A stretch of 64,000 nt of DNA from Leidyana gryllorum EB-2025a. Lineage: Eukaryota > Protista > Apicomplexa. Shown piece after piece: positions 36,945 through 50,214 of the stretch. The stretch spans positions 63,728-127,727 of the forward strand of contig JBLWGC010000115.1 in assembly GCA_048772705.1 (NCBI GenBank). The letters are read 5' to 3'. Each line of letters begins with the position of its first letter. The first letter of the stretch is position 1. A program made the translations under genes and the position numbers. The notes below the pieces were generated by a model, which saw only the letters and a list, made by a program, of their open reading frames with translations, ran no database searches and was not told where the DNA came from.

Positions 36945-39900
36945 TCAGACTGCTCCTTGCTTGAGTGCTTCAACTGTGGCTACTCCTAAATTGACTAAGT
37001 TGCTGATTCCTCCAACAATCTGGGATGCCCGGTCCTCTTTGTTCGCCACCACGTCAGGAGAGTGGTTGTTCTGCCGTATTCTGCCCATCATCCACGAAGC
37101 TCCCTCAGTGAACGCTCTGAACAAGGCGTTTCCGCCCAGCTTCGTGAGAGGTTTATCAATCTCAATGCAAGCACTCGTCAGCCGTGCAACGACCAGATTT
37201 ATCACATTCGTCCAAGGAGAGGGCGACCGCTCTAACCATTCGAGCTCTTCAGTGCTGAAGTAACTTCTCCGCCCGACACACAGACTGAACGCCGGTTTTC
37301 CCATCACGTCTTGCAGCATACTCGTGATGGTTCCAGAGCTTCTGACAAACGGGTAGATGCCCACTTTCACAGTGTATTCGTTGTAACCAGGCCGCATATG
37401 GATATTGGGAACAGTGATGGGGCCCAGGGCGCTGCCTTGATACTGCCAATCCAGCAGAACAGGGCCGCTCTCGATCTCCACATTTGTAGGATTATGATGG
37501 GCCAGCACGATACTGATCATTCCATCAGCATTGCTGCGATCGATCCGCAAGTCTTTGACCTTAATATGCTCCTCTCCTGAGCTTAGCAGGGCTGCGCCAC
37601 CCGGCAAGGACATATTGTATTCCATTTTATCATTATGAAGGACGAAGGGAGGTTCGCTGGGGTCGCTTATCAACACGTCAGCCTTCAGATCACCCCTCTT
37701 CAGACTCAAAGGGACTTCACGCCGAGTCACCATGTCAATCAAGAAATCCAGCAGGTTGGTGTTATCCTTCTTGGGCACAAACTGGTTCACCGTCGCAAAC
37801 TCCTGAACTTGGTACCTCCCTTTCATCGGACCAAAGGTGGCAGTGAGGTGATTCCGACTCATTTCATCGTCAATCATGATCGATCGGGCACTTGCTTCCG
37901 CGATACCGCCCCCATCAGCTCCGATCAGCACAGCATCGAGTGCCTCTATCTGATCCTGCAGCCCCAAATCTTTCAAAGCCTGTTCAGAAACCAGTATCCT
38001 CGATCCCAGCGAGCTCGACATGGCGGACATATCGCGAATTGAGGCCTTCAACTTGCCGATTTTCGATGAAAGCCCATTCTCCTTCTGAAAGTATATGTCA
38101 CCTGACAGCGTCCCATTGGATATGATCGCTGTGTTGAATGGGTGCCAGAAAGCAAGCAGCATGGACCCGACAAGCTCCAGAGATGGCAAAGCATCGACAG
38201 CCTCCATGAAAACCGACTCGATAGGACCATCCCACAAAAGTCGCGCAACTCCGTCCAACTCTGTCATGACCGTTCCATCCGTCGAGATTTGGGGGGCTTC
38301 GAGCAGTACGGGAGCAGCAGGTTGCGGTACGCTCTCCAAACCTACTCCGGGCTGAGCCTCGGCCGGTTTCCCGTCCGCCACCCGAGCAAACTGTTTCAGG
38401 AAATTGACACCCATGGATCCAAGGAAGTCCGCCAGTCGAGCTGACCGCGGGGTTGACACTTCAGAGGAGAAATCAACAATGGCAGAGGCAACCTCGTCAG
38501 CAGACACACCATCGTCAACAAAATACCTTCGCAAGCCTCGAGGGGTCTCGACGCCATAAGGGCTGTCGTCTCGGTCGCGGAGTATGGCGGCGTCGAAACC
38601 ATCCGATACCTCTTCTTGTACACTAATAACCTCGACGCCATCATCACTCAATTGATAAAAGAAATCAGGCATGACAGGGATGACATTGCTTCGAAGTTCA
38701 TCGGAAAACGGAGGGGTCCCACTCAAGCGGCGCACAGTCGCTGGAATGCGTTCTTCATTATCTGCGTTTTGCAGAAACGGGCTGGTGTTAGGGCTCCCCT
38801 CGCCCGAGATATCTTCAGACACTACATTTTGATATACTGTTGTAAGATATTGTACGAGTGAGCGAAGCACTTCGAAAGTTTCGTCTTCATCCAACTTGAT
38901 AGTGTCGGAGTTTAGCTCATTGATGTCACGAGTGACGTTCCGTTCAGACGGACTCGGCAGCAGGTGACGATGGCTACCAATGAACGACAAGTCGAGTTCG
39001 TTCGGGTCCGGAAGGGTGTCAGTAGGACCGCTCAGTGCAATCCACGTTGGTTCGTCAGGATGTTGGCCGGACACATCTTCGCAAATATCGTCTGAATCTG
39101 CTTCGTCGGTCTCCAGTCGATGCAGTCGACGTCTGTTCCGACGTTCGCGACGTTTGTCAGCTCGACGAGCAATCCGAGCGTTCATGTTGCCCCCAGCCGT
39201 CTCTGGGAAGGCGGGCAGATTGGTGTAATAGTCGTTGCCTGCTTGGTAGGTAGCGATCGCCTCCTCAGATGGTGAGCGAGACGGCGCTAAACGTATGTGC
39301 AGAAGATGTAAACCTTGCACGATCTGGGATCTGTGCTCAGTTCCTGATGAGATATCAGTTTCAAAGGTCAAACTCGAGAGTGCAGCAGTCAGAAGATTGG
39401 GCGATGAGTACAGAGGCGGTTCCCCTCGAACTCGGATATGCGCAGTTCCAGTTGATAACAGATCCTCAATGAAAGGAATGAGTGTCGGGGAATTAGTATC
39501 CAGTCGACCCTGGAAGGTAGCGCGGTTCGGTCCCATGGCGAAGGGAATGTTAGGCGTCTCTAACGAGGCCACAGTGCTGCTGCGATACAAAATGGATATC
39601 CTTAAGGGTCCCAAGTCGTCGATATGAATGGTTCCAGGGTTCAGTAAGCTGGCGGTAACTGTTAAAGCAATACCGTCGGCGGCTGTATAATCACCAAGCT
39701 CCATGCTGTCTACAGTCATGAACTCTTCACTCCCCTTCCCTTGCATTGCGTCGCTGAGCTCTTGAGAAGAGAACTCGAACACCTAAGTCAAATGTGGAAG
39801 TAGCGGCAGAGAAACAAAGCGCTTACGCGATAGAAATCGACGTTGGGGAACGGTAACCCCAATATCCGAGGAGAAGCTTTACCTTTCATCAGCCAGACAG

Positions 39901-40689
39901 GTGCTTCTGTGCCAGAGAAGAATTGCAGCATGAAGCGGGTGAAGGCATCGGGGTCGAGCACCTCCAACTCTCCTGTCAGCTCCTCCCAAGCATCCTTGCC
40001 GGCGACTGAGAAAGCCCCCATACGCAACTGCCCCAACACCTCACGAGCCGTTGCAGAGCGTTCCACACGAGCCGGACTTAGCCACCGTGAGAGTCCTTCT
40101 TCGGACAAAACCGGCGCGAAAGATGTCAGCTGGTGGAACCTAGCGGATTCACGAGACATACTCGGCAACTCCACATGCTCTACTTGCATAGCCAACGGAT
40201 TCATGTGGCATCGTAAAGGGGCAGCGCTCCGGATATGTGCGTCGATAACGAATGATAGACGGTTAGGGCCCGACTGGAACATGTGCACTTGGGACATCGC
40301 TACTTCTGACTGGGAGTCATGGTGTGATGAGTGCCCTGGAAGAAATGGCTTACGTAGTATTGATAAGCGGCGATGGTGGCAGGTACATAGTAGAAATACG
40401 CTGTGCAGGCGGCAACGATAACACATGCTATCACTCCGACAGCTATGGCCTCGAGATACTTGATGCGGGGAGTCAGACAAGATGCTCCGGTGGGCGGAGG
40501 GTCGCTGGGCTCTCTGCCCTCTTTGCGTCGACCATCTGTGGTCGTAGTAGTCTCAAGGCACAGATTCACGGTTTCAGCATTAAATGCTGCGTCATCCAGC
40601 ATCCGCACGTGAATGACATCGCTATTTTGGTGACAATCGTTGGAACTAGCTGACTTGTCTGCTTTCTCAAGATCTACCCGCTCCTGCAT
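36945..40689 (-). CDS. Single-pass membrane protein with repeated LEA_2/DUF3712 (Tag1-like) beta domains (introns near 40.33 kb and 39.8 kb)
   Basis: N-terminal TM (IAVGVIACVIVAACTAYFYYVP). Repeated NP..I..G.l...Y.g..lG...pni....G.N motifs (LLNPGTIHIDDLGPLRISILYRS..; HHNPTNVEIESGPVLLDWQYQGSALG..). Long acidic disordered insert. Confidence 0.65.
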
Positions 40690-40745
40690 TCTCCCTCCAC
40701 GTGTACGTGTTTGTTTTCCGCGCTCGGAGATAGAGCCAAGCCCCC

Positions 40746-42200
40746 TCACTCTTCCCACCACAGCTTGGGACTATCTGGCAGTCTGGCTGTCAGTATCTCA
40801 CACCCTGCAAACATGTGCAACTGTCGAATCGTCCCACTCACCTTCTTCGGTGATAAGAATCTGGTGTTCGAACTGAGCGGAGCGCTTCCCATCAACAGTC
40901 ACTGCCGTCCACTGGTCGGGCCACATTTCGTCTTGATACTTTCCGCTATTGATCATAGGTTCCACAGTAAAGACTTGTCCCGCCTGCATCAAACCCTTTG
41001 CCTTGTTGTGACGGTAGTGTGGAACGTTCGGTGTAGTGTGGAACAACTCCCCGATGCCGTGTCCGCAGTATGTCGTGATCACAGAGAAGCTGTAAGCGAC
41101 AAAGTGGCAATACGTTTGACTTGTTGCTCTTACCCTTGCGGTTCCACCACATCAGCGATCGCTTTGCCCACATTTCGAACCATCTCCTTGGGTTTACACT
41201 GAGAGAAACTGTGGTCGCCTTGTCTCTGTCCACTTACAATAGCTATACCGGCCATCATGCCGTCGTGGGCAGCCTTGATAAGGCGCTTGCTATCTTCGTC
41301 CACAGTGCCCACGCAGAATGTCTCATTGAGATCACCGTGCATTCCATCGAGGAACACCGAAACATCTACGTTTATGATGTCACCGTCTTCCAGAGGTCTC
41401 AGGTCCGGGATGCCGTGGCAGACGACCTCATTGACGGAACTGGAGGCAAAGGCGCTTTAAAGTCCACCAGCTGACCTCGACAACTCACGTGCAAATCGAT
41501 TTTGGAAATCCGTAGTATCCCAGAGGTGATGGATAGGCCCCATTGCTGGTGATAAAGGTGAACAGGGCATTGTCTATCTCTTCTGGCGTGGTCCCCACTT
41601 TGCACATTGTATGTGCTAAATCCAGCGCCTTGCGGCCAAGTAGGCAGACTTTCCTGATTCGCTGAGACGAGTCCTATGTTCTCAGCAATCACTGAGCGCT
41701 GTTGCTTACCTCAACCTCACTTGGCGTATGAATCTTGGCCGCCCCGCCTCTGGCGCGCTCTTCAGCAAGTGAGCGACCACCCGGCCTATTCACATAGTCA
41801 GGTAGGGCGATGTGGGCTGGCACATCAGCCGGCAGACTGCGCGGGTACGGTCTCAACGGCCCAGTGAATTTATATTCCTTGAAACGCATCATATTGAAGT
41901 CTCTGGTCCACGTCGAAGGGTCGGCTGGATTGAAGCCGAGCTCCATGGACTTCTTGCCGACTGTTATGGTGGGTTCATCTGTTGTGTTGGTGGCAGCCAC
42001 AGCCTGGGCATGTTTGGCGCTGTGTGTCTTCCAACTGGCTTTGAAGCAGTCCTATTGAATAGATTTGAGTTGAGTGTCGGGGAAGAGGTGTGACGTACGG
42101 TTCCACAGAAATATCCGCCCTCTAATTTGAGCGACAAACACTTCGGACACCTCAACTTGGTGTCGAGTTGCTTGCCACAGCCCTCACAAACCAGCTCCAT
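40746..42200 (-). CDS. METAP1: Methionine aminopeptidase 1 (type 1b, N-terminal zinc finger); multi-exon
   Basis: [91 protein letters not shown]. Confidence 0.96.
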
Positions 42201-42232
42201 GGTACAAAAAAACTAGTCCCACGCTTGAAACC

Positions 42233-42583
42233 ATGTCTGGCCAGGTGAGAACCACTTTTAATCACTCCTTCAGGATGCCCTTTGTCAGATGGACCTTCAA
42301 GCGCTCAATCCGAAGCCATTTCTTATGAAGTTGATCGACCGGCAGGTCGCTGTTCGACTAAAATGGGGTTTGGAATACCGAGGTGGGAAGTTTCCTTTTA
42401 GATGTGTGACAACTTCCCCTCTCTTCAGGAAAGTTGGTATCCTTCGATAACTACATGAATTTTCAATTGTCGAATGCCGAAGAGTATGTTGACGGCCAGT
42501 TCAAAGGGCAGTTGGGCGAGCTTTTCATCCGCTGCAATAATGTCTTCTGGGTTAAGGGAATAGAACCCGAGCCAAGTAGCTAG
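42233..42583 (+). CDS. SNRPF: Small nuclear ribonucleoprotein SmF (two introns; not in ORF track)
   Basis: Spliced translation [67 protein letters not shown]. Confidence 0.93.
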
Positions 42584-42646
42584 CTGTCCTACGATCTATA
42601 AACAGAACAATAAATCTATCAGTGTTGTATGGTAGCTAGTGCCAAC

Positions 42647-44079
42647 ATGGCCGAACCTCTGCTTGAAGAGGTCAAAGTGAGACCCACCTCATTTCCCCTC
42701 TCCACCATCCTTCTCAGGACTCCGATGTGGAGTACTTCTCGGATGTGGGAGTAAGTCGAAGCATCAATGTATCCCATCTACTCACGAACAACAACAGTTC
42801 TACCCGGATATCCTCAGCAAGAAACCCCAGCGCACGGCTCGCAAACGAGCGGACATCCAAGCCACAGCGCGTGCTAAGCCGGATCGCATCAAGCCCACAG
42901 GCGAGGTTTGGGCTTGCTGCTGCTCCTCCGAGATCGTGAGCGAACGATTGAGCGCCCCGTCCAATCCGAATACTAGCTGCTCAATCCCTTGCAACAAGCC
43001 GCGCGGCGAAGGGTGCTCAGTTCCTCCAAAATTGAGTTGAAGTGAGGTCGCGCTAGTTAGCCCCACGCGCTTCGCAGATTCGAGACATTCTTCAGTGATG
43101 TTTTCTTCGCTTGGATTGACATCCCCGAGCCCTACTGGGCCCAGGGTAGCATGAATACTGGGCCAGGAGCTGACTCTCCCCTAACGTCGCAGAAGCGCGC
43201 GGTCGTCTTCATCTTCAAGTTCGGTAAGAACTGTTGACATCAATCAACACAAGCCGTCAAGGCTGCATCGCTGCGTGGGATCTGCCCCCGCCTTTACAAA
43301 AGGATTTGATTATATTGCTGGAGCCGTACTTGCAAGACCCTATAGAACCGGTGGAAGAAGACTCTATGAGCTTTGTGTGGGCCTATCAGCGCGCTATCCG
43401 TCAAGACGTAATTCATCTGGTCTCTGAGGACCACTTTGAGCGACTCGCGTATTCTTATGCATTCGCGCAAAGCTGCAAACTGTCCGTTTTCGAGGAGCGT
43501 GTCGAACAAACTATCGATCGTACACGGTCAGTGCCTGGTGAGCTTGTAATCAAATCAGCGTAAGCAATGCTGAACGTGAACAGAGAACTTGGCACGAACG
43601 GGGAAGATCTCAGCTAATCGTGATGAGATATCAAAGCGGATCGGCGAGTTGTTCATAGTTCGATTTTACATCAATTTGCACACTGACATCCTGGACACAC
43701 CAGGTGGGACATGGCGTCAGAGGCCTGTGACACACTCTCGATTCGAACAGACGTGTTTTGGGAGTTCGACGAGTTTGCTGATCATTACACCTCGTGTCGA
43801 AGCTACCTCGAGTTACCAAAACGCGTGGAGATTCTGAATCAGCGGTAAGTGGTCCTGCTTTCTGGGACAAAGGTGGGCAGACTGGACATCATGAAAGATT
43901 TATATGATATGTTGAATCAAGAGTTGACAATCCAGGTGTGTGTGATTGGTTGTCGGTACCTTACATTCTTGTAGCACGGCTACAAATTGGAGTGGATAGT
44001 TATTTACCTGATCTGTGTCGAGGTATTCATCTCGGTGGTTTGGAACATTCTTATTCGTGATGTGCTCAAGCTCGTGTGA
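42647..44079 (+). CDS. RMD1/DUF155 family protein; many short introns
   Basis: VFIFKFG, ERLAYSYAFAQSCKLSVFE, KRIGELFIVRFYINLHTDILDTP, YLELPKRVEILNQR, HGYKLEWIVIYLICVEV (C-terminal TM). Confidence 0.88.
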
Positions 44080-44180
44080 ATGTGCACGCGCAGTGGTTTT
44101 CCGATGGGGTCCCTGCCTCTCTCGGTGTTTGTTTGTGTAGTGTCTGTCCTGTGTGCATTTATCTAGTCTGTCGTCCCCCG

Positions 44181-45639
44181 ATGGAGAGTTTTCGGTTTGT
44201 GAAGAAACGGGGTGAGGGGACATTTGCCGAAGTGTGGGAGGTAGAGGACAGGGAGAGCGGCCTCCGCGCGGCGCTGAAAATCCTCAAGAAGAAGTTCACG
44301 GGGGTATTCGAGGTCTTCCAAGACGCCGAGTTTGTGACATTGTGTCAATTCTCGTGCCGATGGGGCTGCAACGACCTGACCTTGGACCGCGCCAAGTCCC
44401 ATAGGGGCGACAAGCCCTTGTTGGGACGCTTCGGTGGTCTTGGCGGGAAAGGCTCTGCACTGTTCCATCCGCATTTAACCGGAATGTACGACGCTTTCTT
44501 CGAGCCACGAGACGGAAGAGTCGTGTTTGTCCTGGAGCTTCTTGGTCAATCGCTCCTGGACGAGATCATGGAACGCAAAGCCGAGCGTTCTAGAGCTCAA
44601 CTCAATCAATGGCGCTACCCCCTATCGAACGGAGAGCGGACGTCGCGAATTCCGAAGCAGCCCACGACTTTGTTTCATGAGGGCGAAGTTAGGATTTTGC
44701 TGTTCCAGATCTTAAGTGGGATCAATGACTTGCATACCCGTGGAATATTTCATCGGGATATCAAACCAGAGAACATCCTTTTCCATTTGCCTCCTGAGGA
44801 GGGAAAACGGCCCGTTCCGCTTCGCCTAAAGCTTGCTGATTTTGGCTCCTGTCAGTTCAGCGATCGTCAATCACTGGAAGCGGAACTGGCAGACGATACT
44901 CCAACCACTCGAAACAGTGAGGGAGGCTGTTCCCCGCCGCCGCCTCCGGCACATCGTCATACAGCGTACACCGAGTATATAGCAACGCGATGGTATCGCA
45001 GCCCAGAGTGTCTTTTGACTGCTGGGCATTATGGACCCTCTATGGATCTGTGGGCTTCTGGGTGTGTGGCGATCGAGCTTCTGACTGGTCAGCCGTTTTT
45101 CCCTGGCCAAAACGAGACTCACCAACTTCAGCTGATCCACGAGATGTTTGGTAAGTACTGGGAGCACCCGCCTGGGGCAGTGACGTTTATCGTGATTCTC
45201 CTCAGGAACTCCGTCGAGGACTGAAGTCGAGCGACATATCGGACCCATAGGGTCTCACGTGGCACAAATTGCGAGTTTTGCGACGAACGAGGTAGAGTGC
45301 AGTATCAGACGGTCCAATTCGCGCACGTTATGGAAGAAGTCTGAGGACGGCGTCACTACGTCCACAGGGAGTGAAGACGAGCCGCTGCTGAAGACAAAGT
45401 TTCTTCAGCGTCGGTTGTTACGTCGACAGTCTCTTGTGGCTCCACCGCCTCCGACGTTCCCCAGTGTTCGCCACTGGCAGGAGAAAGTGGTGCCAAACAT
45501 CAACAGGGGGGAAGTTTCAGACTCCTTATCGGATTTGCTTCATCGCTTGCTCGCCTATTACCCGTCACAACGCATCAGCGCAGCCGATGCTCTACACCAT
45601 CCCTTCTTCTCAGACCTTTCTTCGCGGAGATGTTCCTGA
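44181..45639 (+). CDS. MOK: MOK/RAGE-like CMGC (RCK family) kinase (intron ~45151-45207)
   Basis: KKRGEGTFAEV, GIFHRDIKPENIL, LKLADFGSC, YTEYIATRWYRSPECLLT..MDLWASGC. Confidence 0.85.
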
Positions 45640-45679
45640 CCACCAAGTTTCGCCCAAGTCCGTAAAAAATTCCACCGTA

Positions 45680-47568
45680 ATGGAGCCTGCCGAGCTTCCT
45701 AGACCAGATGCTGCGAAGCTCAGGAGTACAATAATAGAGGAGGTATGTAATGCTGAGAGCAGTCTGGTACTCAAAAAATCCTTCAGCTGTGTCAGCAATG
45801 TGTGGTCGATGTATTTGAGGCTCAACACAATGATGCTAATGAAGATTTGGACACATTGTTAGGTCAATTAGCGTCGGCCATTAATATCCAGCACTGGTAT
45901 CACCCCGATAAACGGAAGACAATGCACTGGTTACCCAGCGATCCCTACTATCTCCAAAATTACGCCAGGTGCGTTGGCCTACATCCTATTGAGCGCTGAA
46001 AAAGGGTGCCTCCTTCCACAGATGGAAGGACTTCTTATTATTGGAGGCGCAGTCCATGCTGACTGTGACCAGTCAACTCACAGCCTTCGAGCTTCGCTCT
46101 TTGATTCTGAGCCGGGGTGACCATATATTGAACGAGTTGCAGAGAACTGCGTTGGCCGCGTATGGTGATGCACTTCTTCGCAAGTTTGCCTCCCGGTTGC
46201 ACATCGAGGCCGAAGTGATGGACAAACTCCTGAGTGTTTATGCCCAGAACACTGCTGAGGGAGAACTCGCCTCATTTCTTCCGTCAGAAACGGGTATAGG
46301 CTTCATTTTGAGGGACCGGGGAGGTGCTGCGGAGGAAGATCTCGGCATCATTTCGTTTGATTGCATAACAAATACACGAGAACCAGACCATATGATCAAA
46401 CTGCTCACTCTCAAGTCCATCTTCAGTCGACAGCTCCCCAAGATGCCTCGCGAGTATATAGCCCGACTGACTTTTGACAGACACCACTACAGCTTCTGTC
46501 TGTTAAAGAAGAACAAAGTTATCGGCGGAGTATGCTTTCGTCCGTTCTTTGCGAAAAAGTTCGCTGAAATAGTGTTCTTGGCCGTCACGAGCACCGAACA
46601 GGTCAAGGGATATGGTACCCGCTTAATGAATCACCTGAAGGAGTTCGTTAGACATCGCGGTATCGAGTGCTTCCTCACATATGCGGACAACTTCGCTCTC
46701 GGCTACTTCCGTAAACAAGGTTTCAGCTCGAGGATCAGTCTGGACAAGAGCCGTTGGGGGGGATACATCAAAGAGTACGATGGGGGTACCCTCATGGAAT
46801 GCCATATCTGCCCCCATATAAACTATCTACAACTGGGAGAGATTTTTATCAACCAGAGACGCCAAGTCCACCAAGCTATGCGACTAATCAAAACCCTTTC
46901 GGTTCATTCTGGCGCGGCTGTTTGGACCTCGGCGCAGCTTAGGCCCCCTTCCGCTCCGAAACAGGAAGGTGCGATGGTTGTCAAAGAGGAAGAGAAAGCG
47001 ATAGAGGAAGGGGTGATGCAGATCGATCCGGCCAGCATCCCCGGCTTTGTCGAAGCAGGGTGGACACCGGAGTTAAATCTGCAGCGTAAAAAGTAAGAGT
47101 TGAAGCTCCTCGGCATATGACTGACAATTCCTTCTTCTCAGAGATCCGCTCCCCTTAAATGAACAGATATTGAAAGTCATAGAGACCATGAATGGGAATG
47201 AAAGCGCATGGCCCTTCCGCAAACCGGTCACACGAGCGGAAGCTCCTGACTATTTGGATCATATAAAACAGCCTATGGATATCAGTACAATGCGCAAAAA
47301 CGCACGGAATAAAGGTATGATCGAGATGATAATACGGCTGGGCGGCGATACACAACACTTCTTCCTTCAGTATATAAGAGCAAGGCTGAATTCGGCGCCC
47401 ACTTGAAATTGATGTTCGATAACTGCCGATTCTATAATCAAGCGAACACAATTTGGTATAAACTGGCAGATGAGTTAGAAGCGTAAGTGGTGGCTGTCCA
47501 AATCCCAAATAGCTGCCGGTTCCTTCAGAGCAATTTGGCCAAAATATTTGGACATAGAGGAAACGTGA
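45680..47568 (+). CDS. GCN5: Histone acetyltransferase GCN5 (GNAT + bromodomain); multi-exon
   Basis: LKSIFSRQLPKMPREYIARLTFD, FAEIVFLAVTSTEQVKGYGTRLMNHLKE, FLTYADNFALGYFRKQGF, YIKEYDGGTLMEC. Bromodomain AWPFRKPV..PDYLDHIKQPMDIST..LMFDNCRFYN. Confidence 0.96.
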
Positions 47569-47587
47569 CAGTGGTCAAGCAATTGTA

Positions 47588-47880
47588 ATGGCTCAGAAAC
47601 CGTTGACTAAGAAGCCCGGGACGCCCACCAGCGCCACCAAGAGGAAGAATGCCCCCAAGAAGCCAACCGCACCACTCAATCATGTGGTCAAGAAGCTGAG
47701 ACCGGTATGTTTTAGACTTCGCACACACGGGTATAACGTGGATGGTAGGGTGTCAAACCAGTTGGTATAAAGGCAATCGAGGGGCAGGTGGCCGGGCTGG
47801 CTGCTGGAAACAATGAGTACATGAAGATTGTGAAGCCTGGGGTGGGCACCTTAACGAACAAGAAAAGAAAGGCTACCTGA
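47588..47880 (+). CDS. Small basic protein, possibly UPF0390/C19orf53-like (one intron ~47705-47761)
   Basis: MAQKPLTKK..KRKNAPKK..KKLRP|VGIKAIEGQVAGLAAG..MKIVK. Confidence 0.55.
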
Positions 47881-47882
47881 GT

Positions 47883-50170
47883 CTAGTGGCTGGAGAAGAG
47901 GAGATCAGGATGTCGATCCTCCAAGTTGTCGCTGGGAATCGTGCACAATCTGTTCTGATTTGGAGAGGGTCCCCCTAGTTTGATTGAGCTCTGCGCCTGT
48001 TTGGCGGCAGCAATTCCTACAGCGTTCTTCAGACCTTTTCCAGACTGGCTGCGAAGCGGACCGCCACCATACGAAACAGCGTTCTTCATCGTTGTTGGGA
48101 GTCCCCTCTCAACGTCACTCTCACTGTTGCGTCTGGGTCGGTCACCAACATCTTCTCTTGCATTGTTATTTTCACCCTCGCTTTTGCGACTCACAAATGC
48201 CGCCCCACCACCCTCGCACGAATCCGTCTCATCAATCAGCCGTCGTTGGAGATCCTGTAGGCGTGGGCCCAAAGCCTTGTTGGTGCTCGGACGGACGTCG
48301 CGAATCTTCCGTACATTTCGTGCCAGAAGAAGAACGTCGCCCTCTTGTGCTGCGGAATCCAATGGTCGTCGCACACTGTTCATGCGCGGGCCACTTGCCG
48401 CGCCTGTATTTCCCATCACATTGCTAGTAGATCCGGTCAGTGCTCCTCCGATCGCTGTAGTGGTCTTCTGTACCAGGACGCTTGGGCTCCAAGTGTAGTC
48501 ACTAGAGTCAACTGACAAAGACCGTCCCACGTTCTTTGATGGTATTAGAGTGGATGTGTAGTTATCAAATTCATCATAGATCTCTTCTTGGATCAGCTCT
48601 TCGATCACGTCCTGATCAGAACTCAGTGCCTCGCTCAGCTGCTGTCGCTCACCTCTAGAGTTGCAATTCCTAGCAGTCGATTAGGTCCGCAGGGACCATC
48701 GTCAGGAACCTCGGGAAGTTGCCAAGCTTGCATCTGCCACTCTGGGTTGGTTGTAACGAAAGCCATGTGTCGTCCCCGCTGAAATTCGTTCAAGAGATCA
48801 TAGAGCTGCAGGTTAGGCAGACAAAAGACGGGCATTCGACCTGTCTTCATGATGTCTCCTACGCGCACCACTTCTGCGGCGACGATCAAATGACGCATTT
48901 CCGGTCAGATCAATTCAGCGGCTCCTTACCTTCATTCGACTCGAAAACGATGAGAGATTTGACTAAAAGTAATCCCTTGACATTGTGTCGATGATTCTTA
49001 TATATGGGTATGCGCGAATGCCCCTTCTACAGAGCAGTCGATTCAATCTTCGGGTCACTGTGAGAATGATGGACGACTCACCTCCAGAATCTCTCTTCGT
49101 AATTCGCTGGTGACGACTGTATCCCACTCCTGGCAGAGAGCATGGAGGGGGTGCAGATTATCCGTGGGACTCACGAGCATATACACGTCTGACAAGGGAA
49201 CCATGATCTCGCGCACATGTTTTGTGGCCAGATCCAGGGCGCCTTCGATCACTACGACTTCATCCGCCCCCAAAGCTGAGTCCAATGCGACTGGAGACCC
49301 CCACTAGCAGTACGTCTCTCCCACAAAGCTCTCTTACCGTCACCCTGCAGTGCGTAGTCCTCGTGCAAGTCCCCCTGGGCTCTATTACCCTTTTGATGTA
49401 ATCGTATCAATGCTTTCAGATGCGAACGGGCATAGAAAGTCTGTTCCGTGTGACCTGGCGAGCTATTTATTTGGGGTATTATAGATGAGGTATTCTCACC
49501 AAGAATAGCATCGAGTATTCGGGCGATTGGCCAGGACAGCAAGTAAAAGGCGACGATCAGAAGGTTAACCAACGGGAGCGATTTCTGTATTGGGTCGGGT
49601 CGAGTCGAGGATAGTCTCACATGCTACGGCCTACCATCACGATTGGAATTTGCCATTTCCCAGTACACAGCGCTTGTGGTAGAATTTCACCAAACAAGAG
49701 AATAGCAGACACAGAGAGGAGCACTGCCATGTATTCTGGAACACATTTGTTCAAGAAGAGCGGAAGTGCCTCCATGGCGATGGCGTTTGCCAAGAGTAAC
49801 GTAACAAGTAACAGATGATGCTGACTGAGTATCCGTTCCAGCCGTGCAGCTCTGAGTGTGTCAAGATCTCTGCGGGTCAGCCTCTCTCGGGCGCGACTCA
49901 CTGATTACGCTCCTCTTGAGTCCCCTCTTCCATTAAAACTTTGAGCTGAATGGGATCGATAGACAATAGGCCAACGGTCATTCCAGATGCAAAGCCTGCA
50001 AACGCGACCAGGAAGATTGACACTCCAATATTATAAGCAGTAGCATGTTCCTCCAGAGCTCCGCCCAGAATATGCTCGATTCTATCGGTCGGATCAGGTG
50101 TGACCGCGGATCTTATATGTGCTGCCCTCACTGCTGCAGCGAATACGAGTGCCCGCATCATCATTGGCAT
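47883..50170 (-). CDS. CNNM/DUF21-CBS metal transporter-like protein; multi-exon
   Basis: FAGFASGMTVGLLSIDPIQL, HLLLVTLLLANAIAMEALPLFL..LLFGEILPQALC, IEGALDL..IMVPL, LLNEFQRGRHMAFV, GIATLEDVIEELIQEEIYDEFD. Confidence 0.92.
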
Positions 50171-50214
50171 CTTTGATTGGGCCAGCCCTATCTGGGCTCC
50201 CGAAAAATTAGAGT

